53,219 nucleotides of DNA from a virus (lineage: Duplodnaviria; Caudoviricetes): IMG/VR virus record IMGVR_UViG_3300023109_001857, positions 1-53,219 of that record. One strand, written 5' to 3'. This document shows, in pieces, positions 28,693 through 37,677 of the stretch. Position 1 is the stretch's first letter. Each line of letters begins with the position of its first letter. A program made the translations under genes and the position numbers. A model generated the notes under the pieces. That model was not told the origin of the DNA. It saw only the letters and a program-made list of their open reading frames with translations, and ran no database searches.

Positions 28693-28776
28693 GTCGGGTC
28701 GGTACAGTTGGAGTGGTACACTGGTCTCCAAAACCAGGACGAGAGTCAGGGGGTTCGAATCCCTCACCCGATGCCA
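28693..28776 (+). tRNA. tRNA-Trp(CCA) with extended variable arm
   Basis: GTCGGGT/ACCCGAT, CTGGT-CTCCAAA-ACCAG, variable GAC-GAGA-GTC-A, GCCA end. Confidence 0.88.
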
Positions 28777-28781
28777 AATAA

Positions 28782-28858
28782 CTCGATGTAGCACAGTCTG
28801 GCAGTGCGTTCGCTTTGGGAGCGAAAGGTCGTAGGTTCGAATCCTACCATCGAGACCA
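28782..28858 (+). tRNA. tRNA-Pro(TGG)
   Basis: CTCGATG/CATCGAG, TTCGC-TTTGGGA-GCGAA, ACCA. Confidence 0.95.
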
Positions 28859-28863
28859 AGTTT

Positions 28864-28938
28864 TGGGGAGTAGCCAAGCGGTAAGGCAACAGGTTTTGAT
28901 CCTGTGTACCGAAGGTTCGAATCCTTCCTCCCCAGCCA
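28864..28938 (+). tRNA. tRNA-Gln(TTG)
   Basis: TGGGGAG/CTCCCCA, ACAGG-TTTTGAT-CCTGT, GCCA. Confidence 0.95.
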
Positions 28939-28948
28939 ATTTAAATGG

Positions 28949-28995
28949 TTGACAAACGGTACTAATTATCGTATAATAGTTATATTAATTAGGCA
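28949..28995 (+). promoter_or_regulatory. sigma70 promoter with repeated leader motif
   Basis: TTGACA-N17-TATAATAGTTATATTAATTAGGCA (24 bp identical to 21793-21816). Confidence 0.75.
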
Positions 28996-29012
28996 CACAA
29001 GGGTACAAGGCA

Positions 29013-29534
29013 ATGACAACATTTGTAATTAGTGATACACACTTTAACCATGCGGGCATCCTTGAGTTTAAAGATTACATTGGCAAACCTGTAAGAGGTT
29101 TTGATTCTGTTCAACAGATGAACGAAGCAATGATGGACAACTGGGTAAGTGTTGTAGGTCCAAAAGATACTGTTATCCACTGTGGTGACGTTCTTTTTGG
29201 TATGGACAAAGCTGACTGGATGGCTGCAAACTTTGCAAAGTTACCTGGTAAGAAAAGGCTTGTTGTTGGTAACCACGACAACTTGAAAATACTTGCTCCG
29301 TTCTTTAAGGATATGCAGTTGTGGATTGATATGAGCGACAAAGGTTTGTTGTTTAGTCACACTCCACAGCATCCAAGTACACTTGCTGAAAGTCATAGGT
29401 TTGGTGATAAGCCGTTATTAAACGTTCACGGACACATCCACACTAACCCTTCACCAGAAGGACCATACAAGTGTGTTTGTGTTGAGCAAATCAACTACAC
29501 TCCAATTAACATTGAGGAATTAAGGATTGTATAA
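29013..29534 (+). CDS. Calcineurin-like metallophosphoesterase
   Basis: SDTHFNH, HCGD, GNHD, SH.P, NVHGHIH. Confidence 0.9.
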   Translation: MTTFVISDTHFNHAGILEFKDYIGKPVRGFDSVQQMNEAMMDNWVSVVGPKDTVIHCGDVLFGMDKADWMAANFAKLPGKKRLVVGNHDNLKILAPFFKDMQLWIDMSDKGLLFSHTPQHPSTLAESHRFGDKPLLNVHGHIHTNPSPEGPYKCVCVEQINYTPINIEELRIV

Positions 29535-29689
29535 TGTCCAAAAGCATCAGACGTCCTCAAGCGCCCAAGCGGCGCAACTTTGAAGCAAAGGCGGTAAGGG
29601 ATCCACAAGGTCCCTTCCGTCCAAAGAAGTTCAAAGATAAAACTAAGAATAAAAGGCCCAAGCACAATAAGATAGATTGGGAAGAATAA
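29534..29689 (+). CDS. Basic 51-aa peptide, ArfA-like
   Basis: KRRNFEAKAVRDPQGPFRPKKFKDKTKNKRPKH; TAATG overlap, SD AAGGA; not in the ORF track. Confidence 0.55.
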   Translation: MSKSIRRPQAPKRRNFEAKAVRDPQGPFRPKKFKDKTKNKRPKHNKIDWEE

Positions 29690-29692
29690 TGG

Positions 29693-29721
29693 TTGACATA
29701 ATAGTATTTCGGTGCTATTAT
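29693..29721 (+). promoter_or_regulatory. sigma70-type promoter
   Basis: TTGACA-N17-TATTAT with TG. Confidence 0.7.
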
Positions 29722-29754
29722 GTATATAACAATTAGGCAAACAAAGAGGCAAAA

Positions 29755-31062
29755 ATGAGAACACAACCGCAAGATATTATCGCACAACTAGAAGCTGACA
29801 ACAGCAAACTAGCTAAACAAGCAATCCTAAAAACAGCACACGAAGAAGGACTTCCAGAGTTTTTTGAAGGTCTAAAAATGGCCCTTGACCCACTTGTAAC
29901 ATTTGGTGTTAAGAAAGTTCCAGAGCGTTCAGACGTACTTACAGGACAAGGTCTACCGTGGGAAACATTTGTTGAACTTGCAATGAATCTTGCAGGACGT
30001 AAACTTACAGGACATGCGGCACGTGATGCAATTGAACTTGCAATGAGTGTTGCTACTACAGAACAATGGAACGGATTTTATAGACGTATCTTAATTAAAG
30101 ATTTACGTTGCGGCATGAGTGAAAAAACTGTAAACAAAGTAGTACCAGGCACTGTGCCTGTGTTTACTTGTAGCCTTGCACATGACAGTGCCAATCATGA
30201 AAAAAAGATGGTTGGCGAAAAGCAAATTGAAATTAAGCTCGATGGTGTAAGAGTTATTACTATTATACGTGGTGACAAAGTTGAGATGTTCAGTCGTAAT
30301 GGTAAACAGTTTCATAACTTTGGACATATTATTTCTGAGATTGAAGCTGTAATCAAAGACCATCCTGTACCATATCCACTTGTGTTAGATGGTGAAGTAA
30401 TGAGTGCTAACTTCCAAGATCTTATGAAGCAAGTACATCGCAAAGATGGTAAACAATCAACTGATGCTGTACTGCATTTGTTTGATACTATTCCTTTAGG
30501 ATGCTTTATGAATGGTAGCTGGGACAAGCCACAAAGCTTTAGAAGTGCAATTACCAAAGCATGGGTAGAACAGCACGAGAGCGTACTTCAGCACGTATCA
30601 GCACTGGATTGGGAAACAGTCAACTTAGACTCAAAAGAAGGGCAAGAACGCTTTGTAGAGCTGAATAAGCAAGCCGTAGACGGCGGTTATGAAGGTGTAA
30701 TGATCAAAGACGTTGATGCGCCATATGAATGCAAGCGTACACACGCTTGGCTCAAGGCAAAACCGTTTATTGAAGTAACATTGGAGGTAAAAGAAATTGA
30801 AGAAGGCACTGGTAGGAATGAAGGCCGTCTTGGTGCATTCGTTTGTGAAGGGATCGACGATGGAAAAAATATTTGCGTCAATGTGGGTAGCGGTTTTACT
30901 GATGTCCATCGCGATGATTATTGGACTCATCGTAGCAATATTATCGGCAATCTAGTGGAAGTACGTGCAGACGCTGTAACACAGAATCAAGACGGTACTT
31001 ACAGTCTACGTTTCCCACGCTTTAAAACATTCCGCGGGTTTGAAATTGGCGAAAAACTCTAA
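29755..31062 (+). CDS. ATP-dependent DNA ligase
   Basis: EIKLDGVR (motif I), LDGEV, EGVMIK, WLKAK, VGSGF, SLRFPRF. Confidence 0.95.
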   Translation: MRTQPQDIIAQLEADNSKLAKQAILKTAHEEGLPEFFEGLKMALDPLVTFGVKKVPERSDVLTGQGLPWETFVELAMNLAGRKLTGHAARDAIELAMSVATTEQWNGFYRRILIKDLRCGMSEKTVNKVVPGTVPVFTCSLAHDSANHEKKMVGEKQIEIKLDGVRVITIIRGDKVEMFSRNGKQFHNFGHIISEIEAVIKDHPVPYPLVLDGEVMSANFQDLMKQVHRKDGKQSTDAVLHLFDTIPLGCFMNGSWDKPQSFRSAITKAWVEQHESVLQHVSALDWETVNLDSKEGQERFVELNKQAVDGGYEGVMIKDVDAPYECKRTHAWLKAKPFIEVTLEVKEIEEGTGRNEGRLGAFVCEGIDDGKNICVNVGSGFTDVHRDDYWTHRSNIIGNLVEVRADAVTQNQDGTYSLRFPRFKTFRGFEIGEKL

Positions 31063-31067
31063 ATAAG

Positions 31068-31096
31068 TTGACTTTCGGGTTATCTGGCTATATAAT
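31068..31096 (+). promoter_or_regulatory. sigma70-type promoter
   Basis: TTGACT-N17-TATAAT. Confidence 0.7.
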
Positions 31097-31125
31097 ATAC
31101 TGACAACACAGAATTAAGGACTATC

Positions 31126-32916
31126 ATGACTGATAACTTCAAACTATTATCGGATAAAGAACATATCCGTAAACGTTTTTCAATGTACGGCGGCAGTCAA
31201 GTCGTACAACAAGAACAAGCGTTTATTAATGCAGAGTTTACAAAGGTAAACATCGTAAGTGGACTGCTCAAAATTATCAATGAGATTATTGATAACAGTG
31301 TAGACGAACATGTTCGTACTAAAGGTGAGTATGCTACACGCATTGATGTAGATATTGAAGCTGACGGTACTATTGTAGTAAGCGACAACGGTCGTGGTAT
31401 TCCTAGTGTAGAAATTGACACACCAGATGGTAAAGAATATCAGATGGTGAGTGCGTTTACAAGAGCTAGAGCAGGTAGTAACTTTGATGATGACAATCGT
31501 GAAAGCATTGGCATGAACGGTGTTGGCTCAATGATTACATTTGTTACATCCAGTGTGTTTGATGCTAAGAGTAGCGATGGCAAACTGCAAGTACAGATGG
31601 TAGGCAAGAACGGACAGATTGATCGAATCCGTACTAAAGAAACTGCACTCAAAGGCACAACTGTTAAGTTCCGTCCTGACTATGAATTCTTTGGTATGGA
31701 GAACATTAACGAAGCACACAGTGCAATGATTGAAGAACGTGTGCGCTCGCTTGCACTAGCATTTGATAGTGTGCGTTTCCGCTTTAATAAAAAGATTGTT
31801 AGACTAAAGTTTGCAGACTACTTTGGTGACTGTGATATTTTCCAAACAGAGAAAGCAGTGTTTGGTATTGCTAAGTCAGATGGATCGCATCAGTCGCACA
31901 GTCTAGTAAATGGACTGAGTGTAAAGAGCGGCACACACATTGACCACTTCCTATCAACTATTATGCAAGAGTTGCGTGACACACTAAAGCGCCGCAAGAA
32001 AGTAGACATTACGGCAGCACGTTTAAAGCAACACTTGCGAGTACATGCTATTGTAAACGGCTTTCCTGCACTAAAGTTTGATAGCCAGACAAAAGAACGT
32101 GTAACTAACAGTGCAGCAGAATGTCGTGAAGCAATCGGTGAGATTGACACAAAGAAGATTGTTGCCAAGTTGATGAAGAACGAAGACTTGATCAACGAGA
32201 TTTGTGCATACACTAAAATGCAAGAAGACTTGGCTGCTAAGAAAGACTTAGGTAAACTTGAAAAGTCTAAGAAAGTAAAGTCGGACAAGTACTTTGCGGC
32301 AATCGGACATCGCACAGATAGAATTTTTGTAGTAGAAGGTGATTCAGCAAGTGGTGGCTTGATCAAATGCTTGGGACGCAAAGGTAATGCGTTTTATGCA
32401 CTTAAAGGTGTTCCGCTTAATGTGCTAGAAGTATCGCATCAAAAGTTTATGGCGAACAAAGAGCTTAGTGAACTGTACACAATTATTACTACATTTCCAG
32501 AAGCAGAAATTTGTTTAGCAACTGATGCTGACGCAGATGGCATGCGTATTACAGGACTAGTATCGCTGTTTATGTACAAGTACTTTCCGGAGCACCTAAA
32601 CAACGGCAAGATGAAGATACTACGTACTCCTATTGCAATTGGTAAAAAGAACAACGAAGTAAAAGAATGGGCATATACGTTTAGTGATGTAAACAAAATT
32701 GACCACAAGCTAGACGTAAGCTACGTAAAAGGATTAGGTAGCTGGAGTGAAAAAGATTTAAGACATATCATTGACGCAGACACAATGGATGAAATGTTGC
32801 CAACAGTAAGCATTGCTGACACAGACCTATTTACAAATTGGTTTAGTAGCGGCACAATTGATTACCGCAAAGAGCAACTCCTACAGAGTGCGCCATTTGA
32901 TATTATGAAGGTATAA
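31126..32916 (+). CDS. Type II DNA topoisomerase ATPase/TOPRIM subunit (T4 gp39+60-like)
   Basis: EIIDNSVDE, DNGRGIP, AGSNF, GMNGVG, VEGDSA, TDADADG, YVKGLGS. Confidence 0.95.
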   Translation: MTDNFKLLSDKEHIRKRFSMYGGSQVVQQEQAFINAEFTKVNIVSGLLKIINEIIDNSVDEHVRTKGEYATRIDVDIEADGTIVVSDNGRGIPSVEIDTPDGKEYQMVSAFTRARAGSNFDDDNRESIGMNGVGSMITFVTSSVFDAKSSDGKLQVQMVGKNGQIDRIRTKETALKGTTVKFRPDYEFFGMENINEAHSAMIEERVRSLALAFDSVRFRFNKKIVRLKFADYFGDCDIFQTEKAVFGIAKSDGSHQSHSLVNGLSVKSGTHIDHFLSTIMQELRDTLKRRKKVDITAARLKQHLRVHAIVNGFPALKFDSQTKERVTNSAAECREAIGEIDTKKIVAKLMKNEDLINEICAYTKMQEDLAAKKDLGKLEKSKKVKSDKYFAAIGHRTDRIFVVEGDSASGGLIKCLGRKGNAFYALKGVPLNVLEVSHQKFMANKELSELYTIITTFPEAEICLATDADADGMRITGLVSLFMYKYFPEHLNNGKMKILRTPIAIGKKNNEVKEWAYTFSDVNKIDHKLDVSYVKGLGSWSEKDLRHIIDADTMDEMLPTVSIADTDLFTNWFSSGTIDYRKEQLLQSAPFDIMKV

Positions 32917-32919
32917 GAT

Positions 32920-34248
32920 ATGACAAAACAAATACCATTAGAAGGCTTTTTTAAGAACGAATACATTGACTTCTCAGTGTATGACAACGTTCGTAAACTG
33001 GCAAACTATATTGACGGACAAAAGAACGCAAGTCGTAAGATTGTACACACAGTCCTGCAACAGAACATTGACAAGTTTGTTAAAGTAAGCAACTTAGGTC
33101 CTAAGGTACAAGACTATGCACAATACTTGCATGGTAGCTTAGAAGGCACTATCGTTAACATGACTGCAAACTATGTAGGCAGCGGCAACAATGTTCCATT
33201 GCTCCAAGGTGATGGTAACTTTGGTAGTGCGTTTATTAATGATGCGGCTGCTACACGTTATATCTTTGCACGTATGAATCCAATCTTAAAGCAACTGTAC
33301 AACAAGGATGACTTTGTTAATTTAGAGCATCAGGATTTTGAAGGTGCTAAGATCGAGCCGCGCTTCTATGTACCAGTACTGCCTATGCTTGCTATCAACG
33401 GCAGTGAAGGTGTGAGTATTGGATTTGCACAAAAGATCCTTCCGCGCAAGCCTAAAGAGATTGTCAAGTGGGTAAAGCAACGTGCCGCAGGAGAGCGCAT
33501 TACTGCTAACCTTACTCCGCATTGGGAAGGTATGAGCTGTGTTGTTAACAAAGGTGAAAGCAAAGTTCAGTGGGAGATTACAGGTAGCTTTACACGCAAG
33601 ACCAAGCACCGTATAACCATTGATTCGTTGCCTATCGGATACACGCTCAAGCAATATCAATCAGTGCTAGAACGTTTGGTTGACGACAAGGTTATCAAAG
33701 ATTATGATGACTTGAGCGACAATGATGTGTTCAAGTTTGAGATCCAAGTAGATAGAGCTTTTGGTGAGCGCACAGACGAATGGATTATGACCAAGCTCAA
33801 ACTGATTAAGAAGGTTACAGAAAACTTTACTTGTATCGACGAGAACAATAAGATTGTTATTTTTAACAGTCTTAAAGAACTGCTAGAAGCGTGGTATGTA
33901 AAGCGTATAGAGTACAACGACAAGCGCAAACAGCACCTACTAGCTAGTATGCAAGAGGAAATGGATTACACAAACGCTAGGGCCAAGTTTATACAAGGCG
34001 TTGTAGACGGTGCCATAGAGCTTCGAAATGCTAAGGAAACAGCAGTCATTACACAAGCTGAAGCATATGACGCTATACTACAAGGGCGTGTTAAAGGTTT
34101 CTTAGGACTTCCCATGCGTAGTTTGACAACAGAAGAAATAGCAAAGCTCAAAGCCAAATCCAAAGCACTTAAAACACAAATTTTAGACTACAAAAAGAAA
34201 ACTTTTGAGGAAATTTTAGTAGCTGATTTGGATACTGTTGTATTTTAA
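32920..34248 (+). CDS. Type II DNA topoisomerase breakage-reunion subunit (T4 gp52-like)
   Basis: IDGQKNASRKI, YLHG, GNFGS, AAATRYI (catalytic Tyr), EP.FY.PVLP, NGSEG.SIGF. Confidence 0.95.
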   Translation: MTKQIPLEGFFKNEYIDFSVYDNVRKLANYIDGQKNASRKIVHTVLQQNIDKFVKVSNLGPKVQDYAQYLHGSLEGTIVNMTANYVGSGNNVPLLQGDGNFGSAFINDAAATRYIFARMNPILKQLYNKDDFVNLEHQDFEGAKIEPRFYVPVLPMLAINGSEGVSIGFAQKILPRKPKEIVKWVKQRAAGERITANLTPHWEGMSCVVNKGESKVQWEITGSFTRKTKHRITIDSLPIGYTLKQYQSVLERLVDDKVIKDYDDLSDNDVFKFEIQVDRAFGERTDEWIMTKLKLIKKVTENFTCIDENNKIVIFNSLKELLEAWYVKRIEYNDKRKQHLLASMQEEMDYTNARAKFIQGVVDGAIELRNAKETAVITQAEAYDAILQGRVKGFLGLPMRSLTTEEIAKLKAKSKALKTQILDYKKKTFEEILVADLDTVVF

Positions 34249-34258
34249 TAAATACAGT

Positions 34259-35134
34259 ATGACACAAATTAACACATCTGAACTCGACGATGCAATTCAG
34301 CAATTAGGTACTTCGCTTAGTAGCATTGTTAATAGAGCCCTTACAGTCGACGACATGCGTATGGAGTCGCTAACTTCTGTAGCATTCCAAGCAGACGATA
34401 ACGGTGTGTACGGCAAAGGCTTGCAGTGGAGAGGACAAGGTCCTACCAAACAATTAGTATATAGAGCAAATCCAGATCGCATTTGGACTGATGAAAGTAT
34501 TGATATAGGTCAAGAATCTGCTTATATGATTGGCAATACGCCTGTTTTGCGTCAAACAGAATTAGGATCTGCTGTAAGAACCAGTAGTTTGGTAACAGTA
34601 GGTACACTACAAAATTTAAGAACAAATGGCAATTTAAATATTGATGATTTTGTGTTTTACAACACAGACTCAGAAAATTTTGCTATCGGCACAGAATCAC
34701 CAAATGGTAAATTTGCAGTAGCAACATTAGATGCAGAGTTTATTATTGACACAAGTCCAGGCACTGTAAAATTAGGCACCTGGACTTCAGATGATCTAAG
34801 ACTGATCACAGATGATACTACTAGAATAGTTGTTCGTGCCAATGGACAAATTGACTTAGGCGATCCTGACGGAGCAGACACAAAGGTTACAGTTCATGGA
34901 AAACTTGGAATTGGTGTTAATAGTATTGATTCTGATGTGACACTTAGCACTAGCGGACCAGTTAAATTTGAAAACAAGAAATTTATGAATGGCACTGAGA
35001 TACCTACATCAGGAACATTTAGACAGGGTGATATTGTGTGGAACGAAAATACTATGCAATCAGGTTATGTTGGCTGGGTTTGTGTAAGATCAGGAACTCC
35101 TGGCGAATGGCGTCCATTTGGACAAATAGGATAA
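34259..35134 (+). CDS. Virion/tail-fibre-like protein, paralog A
   Basis: TAAATA 4 nt before ATG 34259; beta-rich; C-terminal GDIVWN...GYVGWVCVRSGTPGEW. Confidence 0.7.
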   Translation: MTQINTSELDDAIQQLGTSLSSIVNRALTVDDMRMESLTSVAFQADDNGVYGKGLQWRGQGPTKQLVYRANPDRIWTDESIDIGQESAYMIGNTPVLRQTELGSAVRTSSLVTVGTLQNLRTNGNLNIDDFVFYNTDSENFAIGTESPNGKFAVATLDAEFIIDTSPGTVKLGTWTSDDLRLITDDTTRIVVRANGQIDLGDPDGADTKVTVHGKLGIGVNSIDSDVTLSTSGPVKFENKKFMNGTEIPTSGTFRQGDIVWNENTMQSGYVGWVCVRSGTPGEWRPFGQIG

Positions 35135-35138
35135 CGGC

Positions 35139-36263
35139 ATGATAGAAAATGTTAACGACACAGTCAATAAGATTAGAATAGGATTAGCACAGGTAGCAGA
35201 TGCACTGGAAACTGTAGCAACAACGCCAGCGCCAACACCCGAATTTCTTAATAATGAAATTAGTGGTGACAAAGTCCATGGCGGCGTAATAAGCAGGTTT
35301 AGTAGTATTGGTATTGAAGATACTGCTACTGAACGTGCGATACTAGTTACCGACGATGGTACTGTAATTGATAACTTAGTCACTGATCATATCAGTAGCA
35401 GTCCGACAGTGTATGGTGATTTAACTGTACAAGGATTAATTACTGCACAAAGACTTCATGTAGATGAACTAACTGCTGATGTACGCAATGAGCGTTCAAC
35501 ACCTTTGGAATTTATTGCAGATGACAACGGCATTTATGGCAAAGGATTGCAGTGGCGTGGTCACGGTCCTACCAAACAATTAGTATATAGAGCAAATCCT
35601 GACAGACTTTATTCTACAGAATCAATTGATATACAAGCCGGCGAAGGTTATTCAATTGATAACAATGTGGTACTAAGTGGCAATGAATTAGGCAGTAGTA
35701 TTAGAACAAGTAGTTTGGTAACAGTTGGAACACTACAGGACTTGCGTACAAATGGCAACTTAACCATCGACGACTTTATTATATATGACAGTGACAGTCA
35801 GCGACTGGGCTTTGGCACAGAATCACCTAATGGTAGCATCAGTATTACTAGTTTAGAATCAGAATTTGTAATCGATGTAGAAGGCGAATCAACTAAAATT
35901 GGTAACTGGACAACAGACGACTTAACTATTGTTACTGACAATACTACAAGAATTACAGTTCGTGCAAACGGCAAAGTTGAGTTTGGCAGAAGCGGAAGAT
36001 CTGATGCACAAGTTAGTGTTCATGGTAAACTAGGAGTTGGGGTTAACAACGTGTCCAACGATGTTTCAATTGCAACATCATCTGCTATACAAATAGCAGG
36101 TAAGAAAATATCAACTGGATCAGAGATCCCAACATCAGGTACTTTTAGACAAGGTGACATAGTATACAACGATAATGCAGTTGCAACAGGATATGTTGGT
36201 TGGGTGTGTGTACGAGAAGGCACTCCAGGTGAATGGAAGTCCTTTGGTCAAATTAGTTCATAA
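35139..36263 (+). CDS. Virion/tail-fibre-like protein, paralog B
   Basis: Colinear with paralog A (YGKGLQWRG.GPTKQLVYRANPDR; GYVGWVCVREGTPGEW). Confidence 0.7.
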   Translation: MIENVNDTVNKIRIGLAQVADALETVATTPAPTPEFLNNEISGDKVHGGVISRFSSIGIEDTATERAILVTDDGTVIDNLVTDHISSSPTVYGDLTVQGLITAQRLHVDELTADVRNERSTPLEFIADDNGIYGKGLQWRGHGPTKQLVYRANPDRLYSTESIDIQAGEGYSIDNNVVLSGNELGSSIRTSSLVTVGTLQDLRTNGNLTIDDFIIYDSDSQRLGFGTESPNGSISITSLESEFVIDVEGESTKIGNWTTDDLTIVTDNTTRITVRANGKVEFGRSGRSDAQVSVHGKLGVGVNNVSNDVSIATSSAIQIAGKKISTGSEIPTSGTFRQGDIVYNDNAVATGYVGWVCVREGTPGEWKSFGQISS

Positions 36264-36304
36264 ACGTGTTACTTTAAGTAACGGCTCCTCTCCATAAATA
36301 TACT

Positions 36305-36616
36305 GTGGACAAAGATAAGAACTATAAAATAACCCAACAAGTAGAACGATGGGACCTATATGCTAGGTTAACTCCCACTGCTTTCCTGGTGTTTGGCGCA
36401 TTGTTACTAATATTTGATATTGCTAGTCAACAAACTGTAATATATATAGGTTTAGTTGGATTTTCATTTACGGCAGTAGTATGGTGGTGGTGGGCAATTT
36501 TCACTATTAAATACCTTGTAACTACACTAAATAGAGCTAGTAAGGGATTAGAAGAAGTTACACAGGAAGTAAAATCTGTAACATCGGATTTACAGGATTT
36601 AAAAAATGACATCTAA
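36305..36616 (+). CDS. Two-TM membrane protein with C-terminal coiled coil (holin-like topology)
   Basis: GTG 4 nt after TAAATA; two hydrophobic helices, VVWWWW. Confidence 0.65.
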   Translation: MDKDKNYKITQQVERWDLYARLTPTAFLVFGALLLIFDIASQQTVIYIGLVGFSFTAVVWWWWAIFTIKYLVTTLNRASKGLEEVTQEVKSVTSDLQDLKNDI

Positions 36617-37094
36617 AAAATATATTCTAATAAAAGCAGCTACTAATGTTATTAGCAGTTTGAGTATGGTTACGATTATATGCTTAGGTATTGCTTATAT
36701 GAGCTTTGACAATGCATTTGTATTTACAGATACAGAAATTAGCGTTACAAACAATCCAGTAACAGCAGAAAAAGACATAGAGTTCTATATGGTTGGCTCA
36801 AAGAAGTATCAGTGTAACAGCACAGCCGCATATGGCGTAGCACACGCAACAGACGGCTCGCACTCATATGAACTAGACACATTTACAAAACGCTATGTGC
36901 AAAACACAGCACCAGGTGAACGAGTAGAGAATGGTTGGCATATGGCTGTACCTGAACATATGAAAAAAGGTGGCGAGTATCGTGTTAGCATGACAGGCGA
37001 ATTTGAGTGCGTACACTTGATATTCAAAACACAAAAAGTACAAGAGTTTGATAACATCTATTTAAAAGTAGAACCGCGCATCGCCGCTAAATAA
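36606..37094 (+). CDS. Membrane-anchored hypothetical protein
   Basis: N-terminal TM then beta-rich domain with two Cys. Confidence 0.65.
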   Translation: MTSKKYILIKAATNVISSLSMVTIICLGIAYMSFDNAFVFTDTEISVTNNPVTAEKDIEFYMVGSKKYQCNSTAAYGVAHATDGSHSYELDTFTKRYVQNTAPGERVENGWHMAVPEHMKKGGEYRVSMTGEFECVHLIFKTQKVQEFDNIYLKVEPRIAAK

Positions 37095-37098
37095 TTTT

Positions 37099-37677
37099 AT
37101 GTTAGTAATCGGCAACGGTGAAAGTCGCACCTCTGTAAACATCAATAAATTAAACTACACTAAAATAGGATGCAATGCAATTCTTCGCGACTTCAAGGTT
37201 GACCATCTTGTATGCGTAGATCGTCCGATGCTATACGAAGCATTTAATAGTTCATATCATAAAAAAGCAGATATTTTTACCCGTCAAAATCATTGGGTAC
37301 AGTATAGACTTGAACCAAACATAAGGGCAGTTCCGAAACTACCATATGAAGGCAATCAACGTCCTGATAAAGCTATACATTGGGGGTCAGGACCATATGC
37401 TGTATTATTGGCAGCAACAATGACACAAGATGACATACATTTGCTAGGTTTTGATTTGTATGGCATAAACAACAAGGTCAACAATATATACAAAGATACA
37501 GCAAACTATGCACTTGCACAAAAGAGTCCAGTTGATCCTAGATATTGGATATACCAAATAGGCAAAGTGTTTGAATGTTTTCCCAGCACTCGCTTTATTG
37601 TACACAACGACGATTTTGAATTACCAAAAGCCTGGAATCAGTCTAATGTTTCACTTGACACGATAAGTAATTTGTAG
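37099..37677 (+). CDS. DUF115/MptE-like (glycosyltransferase-associated Rossmann) protein
   Basis: LVIGNGESR, GCNA..RD, CVD, WGSGP.A, LLGFD. Confidence 0.65.
   Translation: MLVIGNGESRTSVNINKLNYTKIGCNAILRDFKVDHLVCVDRPMLYEAFNSSYHKKADIFTRQNHWVQYRLEPNIRAVPKLPYEGNQRPDKAIHWGSGPYAVLLAATMTQDDIHLLGFDLYGINNKVNNIYKDTANYALAQKSPVDPRYWIYQIGKVFECFPSTRFIVHNDDFELPKAWNQSNVSLDTISNL

Noticed and set aside
29755-34248. Introns or inteins in ligase and topoisomerase genes
   Set aside because: ORFs are continuous and of expected size, with no intein-like C...HN insertions; gp39 and gp60 parts are fused, with no bypass gap
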